Origin: Methanocaldococcus jannaschii DSM 2661
GTDB taxonomy: Archaea; AGJL01; Methanococci; Methanococcales; Methanocaldococcaceae
Length of the DNA: 32,000 nt
Assembly: GCF_000091665.1 (NCBI RefSeq)
Contig: NC_000909.1
Location: 383,581 to 415,580, forward strand
Direction: 5' to 3'
Shown: positions 18,365 through 27,230 of the stretch, in pieces
How positions within the stretch are numbered: position 1 is the first letter of the stretch
How the letters are laid out: each line of letters opens with the position of its first letter
Notes under the pieces: model-generated
Told to the model about the DNA's origin: nothing
The model's input: the letters and a program-made list of their open reading frames with translations, nothing else
Database searches by the model: none
Translations under genes and position numbers: made by a program

Positions 18365-19216
18365 ATGAGAGAGGTAGAAAAGCCATTGATTTTGAGTATT
18401 GTTGGAAATATATTGTTGGGATTGATAAAAATAATAATTGGATATGTTTATTCAAGTATATCTTTAATTTCTGATGGAATACACTCTTTATCGGATGTTA
18501 TAACAAGTATTATTGGGATTATTGGAGTAAAAATTGCATCAAAACCACCGGATGAATCTCATCCCTATGGGCACTCAAGATTTGAATGCCTTTTTTCTTT
18601 TTTTATTGGTTTAGCTTTATTTTTCACAGCCTACGAGATTGGAAAGTTTGCAGTAGAGAGGATTATTTATGGGGAAGTAATTGAGGTAAATGCCATAATG
18701 GTTGGAGTTGCTATCTTATCAATAGTTGTTAAAGAGTTAATGACGAGATATTCCTTATTTGTCGGAAAAAAATTAAATAGCCAAGTTTTAATTGCAGATG
18801 CCTATCATCATAGAAGTGACGCTCTAAGCAGTGTTGTAGTTTTAGTTGGGTTGTTGTTACAAAAGTTTGGTATCTACTATGGGGATGCTATAGCTGGGAT
18901 AATTGTGGCTTTGATGATTGCAAAGGTAGCCTTTGATATATGTCTGACCAATATAGATTACTTAACTGGAAGGGCTCCACCTAAAAAATTCTTTGAACTC
19001 ATTGAAAAGGAAGCTTTGAATGTAGATAAGGTTATTGGAGTGCATGATATAAAAGCTCACTATGTTGGACCAAGAATCCATGTTGAATTACATGTTGAAG
19101 TTCCATCAAATATTTCAGCAAAAGAGATGCACGATATTGAAGTTGCAGTTAAAAATAGATTAGAAAGTTTGGAAAATGTCGAGAGGGCCTATGTTCATGT
19201 GGATATAGTAGATTAG
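18365..19216 (+). CDS. cation diffusion facilitator (CDF) family metal efflux transporter
   Basis: It has six TM segments with HSLSD and HHRSD metal-site motifs. The C-terminal cytoplasmic domain contains VHDIKAHYVGPRIHVELHVEV. Confidence 0.9.
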   Translation: MREVEKPLILSIVGNILLGLIKIIIGYVYSSISLISDGIHSLSDVITSIIGIIGVKIASKPPDESHPYGHSRFECLFSFFIGLALFFTAYEIGKFAVERIIYGEVIEVNAIMVGVAILSIVVKELMTRYSLFVGKKLNSQVLIADAYHHRSDALSSVVVLVGLLLQKFGIYYGDAIAGIIVALMIAKVAFDICLTNIDYLTGRAPPKKFFELIEKEALNVDKVIGVHDIKAHYVGPRIHVELHVEVPSNISAKEMHDIEVAVKNRLESLENVERAYVHVDIVD

Positions 19217-19295
19217 TTAGTTTTTTAATAAGTTTTTAGATATTTTAAAAATATTAAATTGAAATATTTAAAATAATAAATTAATTTTTCTAAAA

Positions 19296-19321
19296 TAAAA
19301 TTATGGTGGGCTCGGGGAGAT
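19296..19321 (-). repeat. duplicated fragment of the tRNA-Val 3' end plus flank
   Basis: This 26-nt sequence, TAAAATTATGGTGGGCTCGGGGAGAT, is identical to 19380-19405. It comprises the last 18 nt of the tRNA including CCA, plus 8 nt of downstream flank. Confidence 0.9.
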
Positions 19322-19387
19322 ACAAACGAAACTTTTAGAAAAAGTTTCATCAAAAGGGAATTAGAACTTAGAAAAGGCTTAAAATTA

Positions 19388-19464
19388 TGGTGGGCTCGGG
19401 GAGATTCGAACTCCCGACCACCGCCGTGTCAGGGCGGCATCATAGCCATCTAGACCACGAGCCC
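19388..19464 (-). tRNA. tRNA-Val (anticodon GAC), CCA encoded
   Basis: Hand folding gives acceptor GGGCUCG/CGAGCCC, anticodon stem CCGCC/GGCGG with loop CUGACAC, and T arm GGGAG-UUCGAAU-CUCCC. The discriminator is A followed by CCA. It is 77 nt long. Confidence 0.9.
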
Positions 19465-19496
19465 TCAACCACAAGCGAAATTAAAGTATGTGTAAC

Positions 19497-19506
19497 TTAT
19501 ATATAA
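19497..19506 (-). promoter_or_regulatory. TATA box (TTTATATATA on the minus strand) for the tRNA-Val gene
   Basis: A canonical archaeal TTTATATA box begins about 40 nt upstream of the mature tRNA 5' end. It is preceded by a purine-rich, BRE-like AAAAG. Confidence 0.55.
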
Positions 19507-19693
19507 ACTTTTCGGTATAATCGATACTATACCAAATTTAAATATGTACAAAAATTTAAAAAATACTTAAATATGCAAATATTTATTATAATACTATAAG
19601 ATATAAATATAATTGGAGTTAAAAATAATTAAGAAATCCAAAATCTTAAAGGGAAAGTATGTTTAAAGTTTCAAGATAAATTGGGGAGTTACA

Positions 19694-20254
19694 ATGGTGG
19701 GGGAGATTCCAGTTCTGCTTATAATGAAAAAACCAATAGTAGTTAGTGGGGATGTATCAGTATATGATGTTGCAAAATTGATGGTTGAACAAGACGTTCC
19801 CTGTGTTCTTGTAGTATGTGAAAGACCAAATCATGAGAGTATTGAGGTAGCTACAGATAAAGACATAATAAAAAAGGTATTGATTAGAAAATTACCTCCA
19901 GATAAGGTTAAGGTGGAAGATATCTCTTCAGGTAAGTTAGTTACTATTCCACCAAATACAACCATTGATGAAGCTTTAGAAATCATGAACAAATATAAAA
20001 CCAATGAATTATTTATTGTAGATGATGGAAAAATCGTAGGAGTAATAACAGAGGAAGATTTGATAAAAATTGCTCCAGAAATTATTTCTACTTTAAAAGA
20101 ACTTGTAAATTATCTATTGCAGATTATTGATGAGGTTACTAGTGGAGATATTAGTGATAAATCTAAAGAAATACAAAACATTAACCAAGGTAAGGATAAT
20201 AAAAAAGATAGCGAATCTGACATTAGAAAAAAGAAAATAATGTTAATAAAATAG
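19694..20254 (+). CDS. CBS-domain pair protein
   Basis: It has two CBS repeats (VVSGDVSVYDVAKLMVEQDVPCVLVV and TIPPNTTIDEALEIMNKYKTNELFIVDDGKIVGVITEEDL) followed by a low-complexity K/D/S tail. Confidence 0.8.
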   Translation: MVGEIPVLLIMKKPIVVSGDVSVYDVAKLMVEQDVPCVLVVCERPNHESIEVATDKDIIKKVLIRKLPPDKVKVEDISSGKLVTIPPNTTIDEALEIMNKYKTNELFIVDDGKIVGVITEEDLIKIAPEIISTLKELVNYLLQIIDEVTSGDISDKSKEIQNINQGKDNKKDSESDIRKKKIMLIK

Positions 20255-20267
20255 TTTGGGTGATGAT

Positions 20268-20936
20268 TTGGTTAAGGTGAAGATTTGTGGAATTACTAAT
20301 GAAGAGGATATAGCATATATCTCAAAAAAAGTCCATGCAGTTGGAGTTATAGTAGATGTTCCAGTAAAGACACCAAGAAAGATATCATTAGATAAAGCCA
20401 TTGAGTTAAAAAAATATGTTGCTCCATTCACATCCTTAGTTACTGTATTGATGCCAAATAGCATAGAGGAAGTTTTAGAGATTTACAATGCCTTAAAACC
20501 TAATGCCATACAACTACATGGATTTGAGAGCTTAGATTTTGTTAAAGAGTTAAATAAACTTAAAAATACAGGGGAATTGAACGCTCATATAATTAAAGTT
20601 ATCCACATTCCTAAAGATGAAGAAATTGATTTTAAAACTCTGCTAAACACTGCTAAAGAGTATGAAAAATATGTAGAGGCAATTTTGGTAGATACAAAGA
20701 TAGAGAGCATAAAACTTGAAGGAAAAACACACAATTGGGCAGTATCTAAGAAGTTGAGAGAGTCTTTAGAAAAACCACTAATCTTAGCTGGTGGTTTAAA
20801 TAAAGATAATGTCTTAGAGGCCATAAAAACAGTTAAACCTTACGCTATAGATGTATCTTCTTCATTGGAAGCTTACGGTGGAAAGAAAGATTTAAAAAAG
20901 GTAGATGAGTTTTTAGAGGTTATTAAAAAAGTTTAA
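20268..20936 (+). CDS. trpF: phosphoribosylanthranilate isomerase
   Basis: The N-terminal (V)KICGIT motif and a TIM-barrel TrpF sequence are present. The likely start is the TTG at 20268 (MVKVKICG), 3 nt after GGTGAT; the maximal ORF starts at the TTG at 20256. Confidence 0.88.
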   Translation: MVKVKICGITNEEDIAYISKKVHAVGVIVDVPVKTPRKISLDKAIELKKYVAPFTSLVTVLMPNSIEEVLEIYNALKPNAIQLHGFESLDFVKELNKLKNTGELNAHIIKVIHIPKDEEIDFKTLLNTAKEYEKYVEAILVDTKIESIKLEGKTHNWAVSKKLRESLEKPLILAGGLNKDNVLEAIKTVKPYAIDVSSSLEAYGGKKDLKKVDEFLEVIKKV

Positions 20937-21379
20937 AGATTTGCTAAAATCTCCTTTATTCTATTTACAATTGGCATTGGGTTATGGAAGGCTCTTGCAG
21001 TATAAACCCCTATATTGCTGTTTTTTAATGTCTCAACGTAATCTTTATTTATCTGCCTTCCAAAGACAATTGCATAGGTAGGTTTGTTGTATTTAGCTTT
21101 GTAAGTTACAGTATAACTAACTCCTCCGTCGTTATGGACAAAACTTATAATTTTATTAATACCTTCAATGCCTCTAAGCCCTCCGTCTATATCAACAGCT
21201 CCAACACCTTTTAAATAGTATTTGTCATCATCTGCAACCTCTAAAAGCTTTAAAGCTGCTGGATTTGCAGCTATAATGACATTAAATCCTTTTTTCTTTA
21301 GCTGATTTGTTAGATATAAAACAGAAGGGATTAAAGCTGGAGGTTCTGGACATCCAACTATAACTAAGACACTCATCAT
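20933..21379 (-). CDS. methanogen-specific hypothetical protein (DUF1890-like, by recollection)
   Basis: 148-aa ORF with a flavodoxin-like beta-alpha start VLVIVGCPEPPALIPS. It follows the upstream gene after a 1-nt gap. Confidence 0.55.
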   Translation of the reverse strand: MMSVLVIVGCPEPPALIPSVLYLTNQLKKKGFNVIIAANPAALKLLEVADDDKYYLKGVGAVDIDGGLRGIEGINKIISFVHNDGGVSYTVTYKAKYNKPTYAIVFGRQINKDYVETLKNSNIGVYTARAFHNPMPIVNRIKEILANL

Positions 21380-21380
21380 T

Positions 21381-21704
21381 TCACCAGAACTTTAATCTTG
21401 ATAATAAACCTTTTTTGCCTTTATCTTTCTCTTTTTTCTCCTCTTTCTTATCTTTATTTATTTCATCAAGATTTATTTTTAAAACAAACGTTCCATAGCA
21501 TGGTTTTGTGTAAGGGAATATCACATAATTATCTTCGTAGGCAACTGGAATTGGAGGGATTCCAATTAAAAAAATTCCTTCAAATATCTCATATCCAGCT
21601 TCCATCTCTTTGATATTTTTGAAATTTTTCCTTATATATTCTGCACACTCCTTAAAGCCTCCTTTATACAAAATTTCATAGTTTAGCTTATCAATACATC
21701 CCAT
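21381..21704 (-). CDS. methanogen-specific hypothetical protein (DUF1894-like, by recollection)
   Basis: 107-aa ORF with a K/E-rich tail. It is tightly packed between the mtnA-like and DUF1890-like genes. Confidence 0.5.
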   Translation of the reverse strand: MGCIDKLNYEILYKGGFKECAEYIRKNFKNIKEMEAGYEIFEGIFLIGIPPIPVAYEDNYVIFPYTKPCYGTFVLKINLDEINKDKKEEKKEKDKGKKGLLSRLKFW

Positions 21705-21709
21705 AGTCT

Positions 21710-22699
21710 CTACCTAAAGAGCTTTAAAATCTCATCCCTATTTGGCTTTACAATGCCCTTTTCAGTTATAATTGCAGTTATCAAATCTGGAGGAGTTTTA
21801 TCAAAGGCATAATTATAACAACCAACTCCTTCTGGGACTATTCTAACCCCATCTATATATGCCACTTCCTTCTCATCTCTCTCCTCTATAATAACATCCT
21901 CCTCACTACTTCTTAAATCAAACGTTGATAATGGTGCAGCAACATAGAATGGAATTCTATGATATTTAGCTAAAACTGCCAAGCTGTAAGTTCCAATTTT
22001 GTTATAGACAGTTCCATCTGCTAAAATTCTATCAGCTCCAACTATAATCTTATCAATCTCTCCCTTCTGCATTAAAAACCCTGCTGTATTGTCAGTTATA
22101 ACCTTAACTGGAATTCCTTCATAATTTAACTCAAAGGCAGTTAATTTAGCCCCTTGCAATCTTGGTCTTGTCTCATCTGCTATAACTCTAATCTTTTTGC
22201 CGTTGTAGAAGGCAAATCTAATAACGCTTAAAGCAGTTCCATAAGCAGATGTTGCTAAAGCTCCAGCATTGCAGTGAGTTAAGATTGTATCTCCATCCTC
22301 AATAAGTTTTTCTCCAATCATTCCAATTTTTTTACATGTCTCTATATCCTCTTCATGTATTTTTTTAGCCTCATCTAAGATTGATTTTCCTTCTTTGTAA
22401 GCAGTTAAACATCTATCCAATGCCCAAAATAAATTAACAGCTGTTGGCCTTGTATTTTTTAATACTTCATAAGCTTTATAGATATCATCTCCATTAATTT
22501 CAGCTAAAGCTAAGCCGTAAGCGGCAGAGACTCCAATAGCTGGAGCTCCTCTAACAACCATGTCTTTTATTGCATAGGCAACATCCTCATAAGTTTTGCA
22601 GATAAAATACTCCAATTTGTTTGGAAGCTTCCTTTGGTCTATCAAAATTAGCTCTTTCTTATCATCATCCCATATTATCGGTCTTAAATCTTTTGTCAT
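21710..22699 (-). CDS. mtnA: eIF-2B alpha/beta/delta-like sugar-phosphate isomerase (methylthioribose-1-phosphate isomerase type)
   Basis: 329-aa ORF with family motifs VRGAPAIGV, THCNAGALAT, ADETRP..QGA, GADRI..NG...NKIGTY. Confidence 0.85.
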   Translation of the reverse strand: MTKDLRPIIWDDDKKELILIDQRKLPNKLEYFICKTYEDVAYAIKDMVVRGAPAIGVSAAYGLALAEINGDDIYKAYEVLKNTRPTAVNLFWALDRCLTAYKEGKSILDEAKKIHEEDIETCKKIGMIGEKLIEDGDTILTHCNAGALATSAYGTALSVIRFAFYNGKKIRVIADETRPRLQGAKLTAFELNYEGIPVKVITDNTAGFLMQKGEIDKIIVGADRILADGTVYNKIGTYSLAVLAKYHRIPFYVAAPLSTFDLRSSEEDVIIEERDEKEVAYIDGVRIVPEGVGCYNYAFDKTPPDLITAIITEKGIVKPNRDEILKLFR

Positions 22700-23280
22700 T
22701 ATTTTCCCTCTAATAGTTTTTTAAGATAGTATTTGGTATAAATTGCTCCAGCTGTGTTGTGAGATAAAACTCTATCCTTAACAATAAACGTAGTTGTTGG
22801 AGCTTTTGAATACTTTTGGAATAAGATATCATGCCCAATACATAATCCAACAATAATATTTAAATCGGTTCCAATCTCATTTAAAATTTCCGCTTGTCCT
22901 ATTGGATTGCACATAGCCTCTTTTTCTCCTTTGTTGATTTTTTTAAATTTAAAAACATCTTTATCAATCCCACAAACCTTACAGCAAACTGAATATACTT
23001 CAAAATGCTTAGATAAAATTTTAGCTAATATTTTTGCCTCATTTTCTAAGCCAATACAGAATGCTATACCAATTTTTTTATATTCCATAAGTTTGCAGAA
23101 CTCTATTATCTCTTCCAACCTTGTTTTTTTCATATAATAGGTTGCTTCAATGTAGGCTGAGACCTCAGCTATCTTTAAATTTTCTTCTTTTTTATATTCT
23201 TCTATTATTTTTTGTGTTATATCCTTTTTGCAGTCCTTTCCAGTATAGCAAAGTTTTTTATTGCATTGGGAGCATTTCAT
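22699..23280 (-). CDS. Cys-rich predicted metal-binding protein (DUF1847-like, by recollection)
   Basis: The N-terminal cluster is CSQCNKKLCYTGKDC (Cx2Cx3Cx5C), with further Cys pairs (CCKVC, LCIGHD). Its stop overlaps the mtnA start by 1 nt (TAATG). Confidence 0.6.
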   Translation of the reverse strand: MKCSQCNKKLCYTGKDCKKDITQKIIEEYKKEENLKIAEVSAYIEATYYMKKTRLEEIIEFCKLMEYKKIGIAFCIGLENEAKILAKILSKHFEVYSVCCKVCGIDKDVFKFKKINKGEKEAMCNPIGQAEILNEIGTDLNIIVGLCIGHDILFQKYSKAPTTTFIVKDRVLSHNTAGAIYTKYYLKKLLEGK

Positions 23281-23304
23281 AATTAACCACCATAGAGGGA
23301 AAGT

Positions 23305-24363
23305 ATGAAGATTGATACATTTATATTTTTGATGTTTATTAGCATTGGGATTTTGCTTTTGCTATTGAATATAATAAATCCAATGGAGGTATTTCATATT
23401 GTTGAATGGAAAACAATATTTTCCTTGTTTTATTTAATGGTTATCATAAACATTATGAGAGATACAAAGTTTTTAGACTATATTTCTTTAAAAATCTTAA
23501 AGAAATCTAAGAGGATTTTTATTGCTTTGATATTCTTAACTCTGTTTTTATCTTCTTTAATAACAAATGATGTCTCTTTATTTGTCATCATCCCTTTAAC
23601 TCTAATAATTCACAGATACACAAATATGCCTTTTAAGGATTTAGAAAAGCTCATTATCTTTGAGGGTGTCTCTGCAAATATTGGAAGTGGCTTAACCCCT
23701 ATAGGAAATCCTCAAAATCTATTTTTATTTCATTTCTATAATATTGGAACTTTAGAGTTTATAATTAATATGATTCCCTTTGAAATTTTTGGAATTTTGG
23801 CTATTTTACCATTCTTAGAATTTAAAAAGTATGATACTAAGATAAATATTGACATTAAGTTTAAAAAAGAGTGGATTTTTTATATATTATCTTTTATTTT
23901 GGTTTTGTTATGTGTTTTTGGATATTTGAATTTTATATATATTCTTCCTTTAATACTGGCAATTTTAATGTATAAGAGGGTTAAAGTGGATTATCTGTTT
24001 TTACTAACTTTCATCTTCCTATTTGTTGATATTGAGGGACTAAAGAGGATTGGAATTATTAATATATTTTCAATAAAATGTGGTAATGTTATGTTAATGA
24101 TTTATGCCTCCTTACTATCTCAAATAATCTCAAACGTGCCCGCTACAGTGTTGCTATCTCATTTATACAAAAACTGGCTACCAATAGCTTATGGTGTAAA
24201 TATCGGAGGTAACGGAACTTTAATTGCTTCTTTTGCCAATTTAATAACTTTAAGATTATCCAACGGAAATGTGAGAGTGGGAAGGTTTTTATTAATTGGA
24301 GGAATAATTTATATAATGCACTTGATTGTATTGGTAGCTTATGCTAAAATATTTTGGGTTTAG
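23305..24363 (+). CDS. ArsB/NhaD superfamily permease (anion/citrate transporter-like)
   Basis: 352-aa polytopic membrane protein. It contains the PIGNPQNLF motif typical of this superfamily. Confidence 0.7.
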   Translation: MKIDTFIFLMFISIGILLLLLNIINPMEVFHIVEWKTIFSLFYLMVIINIMRDTKFLDYISLKILKKSKRIFIALIFLTLFLSSLITNDVSLFVIIPLTLIIHRYTNMPFKDLEKLIIFEGVSANIGSGLTPIGNPQNLFLFHFYNIGTLEFIINMIPFEIFGILAILPFLEFKKYDTKINIDIKFKKEWIFYILSFILVLLCVFGYLNFIYILPLILAILMYKRVKVDYLFLLTFIFLFVDIEGLKRIGIINIFSIKCGNVMLMIYASLLSQIISNVPATVLLSHLYKNWLPIAYGVNIGGNGTLIASFANLITLRLSNGNVRVGRFLLIGGIIYIMHLIVLVAYAKIFWV

Positions 24364-24372
24364 AGGGAGATT

Positions 24373-25605
24373 ATGGATTTAATAGAAGAAGCTATAAAGT
24401 TAGAGAGTGATTTAATAAGAATAAATTCAGTAAATCCTTCATTTGGTGGAAAAGGAGAAAAAGAAAAGGCAGAATACGTCAAGAAAAAGTTAATGGAATA
24501 CGTTGAAAGCTACAATATAGAAAATTACACTTTAAAGGAATATAACATCATAGATAAATATGGTATTGAGAGGCCAAATATTGTATTTAAAATAGATTTT
24601 GGAAGAGATAAGACATTACATATTATTTCTCATTTAGATACTGTTCCAGAGGGGGATATTAGTTTATGGGGCACAAATCCTTATGAGCCAGTTATTAAAG
24701 ATGGAAAAATTTATGGAAGGGGAAGTGAGGACAACCATAAGGGGATTGTTTCCTCTCTATTATTATTAAAAATGATTTTTGAAAATAATATTGAGCCAAA
24801 ATACAACTTATCATTAATTTTTGTCTCTGATGAAGAAGATGGAAGTGAATATGGCTTAAAATATCTATTGAATAACTTTGAAGATGAGATATTTAAAAAG
24901 GATGATTTAATCATAGTTCCTGACTTTGGAACACCAACTGGAGAATTTGTAGAGATTGGAGAGAAGGGAATTCTGTGGATAAAATTTAACATTAAAGGAA
25001 AGCAATGTCATGGTAGCACACCAGAAAATGGGTTGAATGCTGATATAGTGGCTTTTAACTTTGCAAATGAGTTATATAATGGTTTATATGAGAAATTTGA
25101 TGAAATTAATTCAATATTCCTCCCAGAGTATTCAACCTTTGAACCAACGATATTAAAAAATAAAGTTGAAAATCCAAACACCATTCCTGGATATGTAGAG
25201 GTTGTTTTTGATTGTAGAATTTTGCCAACTTACAAAATAGAGGAAGTTTTGGAGTTTATAAATAAGTTTATCAAAAACTTTGAGTTTAAAAAATATATTA
25301 AGCATTATGATAACTCAATAAAGGCAGAGATAACTTATGAAATATTAAAATCTGAAAATCCAAATTACACAGATGAAAACGCTGAAATTATCAAAGAATT
25401 GAAAAAAGCTATAAAGAATGTTTTGAATAGAGATGCTAAGCTTTGCGGAATGGGTGGGGGAACTGTTGCGGCATTTTTGAGATATAAGGGCTATAATGTA
25501 GCAGTTTGGGGCATTGGAGAAGAGACTGCCCACCAACCAAATGAGCATATTAAAATAGAGGATTTGGTTAAGATGGCTGAAGTGTTTTATGAAATTTTGA
25601 AATAG
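24373..25605 (+). CDS. M20 family metallopeptidase (ArgE/DapE/ACY1-like deacylase)
   Basis: The motifs are HLDTVP, GRGSEDNHKG, SDEEDGS and a C-terminal HQPNEH. Substrate is not assignable from the sequence. Confidence 0.8.
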   Translation: MDLIEEAIKLESDLIRINSVNPSFGGKGEKEKAEYVKKKLMEYVESYNIENYTLKEYNIIDKYGIERPNIVFKIDFGRDKTLHIISHLDTVPEGDISLWGTNPYEPVIKDGKIYGRGSEDNHKGIVSSLLLLKMIFENNIEPKYNLSLIFVSDEEDGSEYGLKYLLNNFEDEIFKKDDLIIVPDFGTPTGEFVEIGEKGILWIKFNIKGKQCHGSTPENGLNADIVAFNFANELYNGLYEKFDEINSIFLPEYSTFEPTILKNKVENPNTIPGYVEVVFDCRILPTYKIEEVLEFINKFIKNFEFKKYIKHYDNSIKAEITYEILKSENPNYTDENAEIIKELKKAIKNVLNRDAKLCGMGGGTVAAFLRYKGYNVAVWGIGEETAHQPNEHIKIEDLVKMAEVFYEILK

Positions 25606-25612
25606 TGAGAAC

Positions 25613-26263
25613 ATGCATATAGTAAAAATTGGTGGTTCTCTAACTTATGATGCAAAACCATTATTAAAAGCATTAAAAAATTATGCAAAAGAAAATAATA
25701 AGAAGATAGTTATTATTCCTGGAGGAGGAGAATTTGCAAATGTTGTTAGAAAGATAGATAAAGCTCTAAATATCTCAAACTCACTATCTCACAAACTTGC
25801 CATAAAATGTATGGATTTAATTGGAGAGGTTTATGCTGAAATTGGATATATAAAAGCTTATGATACATTATTTGATTTAAAGAGAGAGATAGAAAAGGAA
25901 AAGATAGCTATATTATTACCTTCAAAAATTTTGCTATCAACAGATATTGCCGAGCATTCTTGGGCTATAACATCAGATTCATTAAGTTTATATATAGGAA
26001 AGTTATTAGATGTTAGGGAAGTTATAATAGCAACTGATGTTGATGGCATATATGACAAATTCCCAGGAGGGAAACTATTAAATATTATTAATGCAAATGA
26101 CATTAAAGGTTTAACATCTGTAGATGAGACCTTTCCAATTCTTTTAAAACAATTTAAAATGAACGCTTACGTTGTTAATGGCAGACATCCAGAAAGAGTT
26201 ATGGATATTTTAGAAGGAAAACACAATATATATACAAAAATCGTTGGAATAGATAAAATATAA
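25613..26263 (+). CDS. mfnE: amino-acid-kinase-fold kinase (MfnE-like, methanofuran biosynthesis, by recollection)
   Basis: The N-terminus is VKIGGSL and it also has IIPGGGEFAN and TDVDGIY motifs of the aspartate/glutamate/uridylate kinase fold. It is a short, 216-aa form. Confidence 0.65.
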   Translation: MHIVKIGGSLTYDAKPLLKALKNYAKENNKKIVIIPGGGEFANVVRKIDKALNISNSLSHKLAIKCMDLIGEVYAEIGYIKAYDTLFDLKREIEKEKIAILLPSKILLSTDIAEHSWAITSDSLSLYIGKLLDVREVIIATDVDGIYDKFPGGKLLNIINANDIKGLTSVDETFPILLKQFKMNAYVVNGRHPERVMDILEGKHNIYTKIVGIDKI

Positions 26264-26321
26264 ACATGATACAAACTTAAGAGACGTTATCATTAAATAA
26301 AAAATTTATTAGGTGGGAGAG

Positions 26322-26486
26322 ATGAAATATGTGTGCATAAGCTGTAATGCTGAGATTGCTCCAAGAGAGAAATCAACAAAATTCCCATGTCCAAACTGTG
26401 GAGAAGTAGAGATTGTAAGATGTGAGAGATGCAGAAAGTTAAATAACCCATACAAATGTCCAAAATGCGGGTTTGAAGGCCCATAA
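26322..26486 (+). CDS. 54-aa double Zn-ribbon protein (translation-associated Zn-ribbon family usually found next to EF-1beta), absent from the ORF track
   Basis: Hand translation gives [54 protein letters not shown]. It has four CxxC pairs, and AGGTGGGAGAG SD lies upstream. It ends 18 nt before the EF-1beta start. Confidence 0.7.
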   Translation: MKYVCISCNAEIAPREKSTKFPCPNCGEVEIVRCERCRKLNNPYKCPKCGFEGP

Positions 26487-26504
26487 AAGTTTTGGAGGGA
26501 AAAG

Positions 26505-26774
26505 ATGGCAACAGTATTAGCAAAAATAAAAATTATGCCTACAAGTCCAGAAGTTAATAAAGAGAAGCTAAAAGAAAAGATTAAAGAGGTTTTAGAAAAG
26601 CAAGATGTTGCTATAAGAGGATTATTTGATGAGCCATTAGCTTTTGGTTTATACGCTATATACACCGTTATTGAAATGGAAGAAAGAGAAGGAGGAACAG
26701 AGCCAATAGAAAATGCTTTAGCAGAAATTGATGAGGTTGAGAGTGTTGAAACAGTAGAGGTCTCATTAGCATAA
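26505..26774 (+). CDS. ef1b: translation elongation factor 1-beta (aEF-1beta)
   Basis: 89-aa ORF. MATVLAKIKIMPTSPEV...AFGLYAI...VE is the typical archaeal EF-1beta sequence. Confidence 0.9.
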   Translation: MATVLAKIKIMPTSPEVNKEKLKEKIKEVLEKQDVAIRGLFDEPLAFGLYAIYTVIEMEEREGGTEPIENALAEIDEVESVETVEVSLA

Positions 26775-26968
26775 ATTTTAATACTTTTTTGAATATTTGG
26801 ACTGAAAATTGTTTTTGTTTTGTTGTTTCCTATTTATTCGTAAATTATATATAACACTTTAAAAATTTTATATTCTTACATTCTAAAATCTCAACCGTCG
26901 CTGATGATAAATTCATAGTTTAAATAATCATAAACAGAACTGTAATGGATAATTGGAAAATAGAAACT

Positions 26969-27036
26969 CCCAGAATGCTCTACAATTTAAATGTTGATAG
27001 CCTAATTATATTTATGAAACAATATAGCATTCTGGG
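26969..27036. repeat. hairpin with a perfect 11-bp stem
   Basis: CCCAGAATGCT (26969-26979) and AGCATTCTGGG (27026-27036) are separated by a 46-nt AT-rich loop. Confidence 0.65.
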
Positions 27037-27087
27037 TTGTTATGAGTTAAACAACAATAAAAGTATATAAACTTCTTACAGTAAGAT

Positions 27088-27196
27088 TATAGTGCCTTTC
27101 AAAATTAATAAAATTTATGAAGGAATGTTTGAACGCCCTCCTTTGGAAGGCGTTCATTAGTGCCTTAGTTATTTAAGAAGTTTGAAAGACACTATA
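27088..27196. repeat. palindromic element, copy E (distinct subfamily with the same architecture)
   Basis: The terminal inverted repeat TATAGTGCCTTTCAAA / TTTGAAAGACACTATA pairs at 15 of 16 positions. The central hairpin is TGAACGCCCTCC-TTT-GGAAGGCGTTCA. There is an internal direct repeat TAGTGCCTT at 27090 and 27158. Confidence 0.75.
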
Positions 27197-27230
27197 TAGT
27201 TAAATCATTTTAAGCTTAAGGGTGATAATG

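Noticed and set aside
26902-26965. Possible C/D box sRNA starting at the TGATGA at 26902.
   Set aside because: No CTGA D box lies within 40-65 nt downstream, and the C box is preceded by C rather than a purine.
26945-27067. A 40-codon ORF (MDNWKIETPRMLYNLNVDSLIIFMKQYSILGCYELNNNKSI) in the EF-1beta to L22 spacer.
   Set aside because: It has no SD-like sequence. It runs through the 11-bp hairpin arms, its composition is typical of random AT-rich sequence, and nothing is recognisable.
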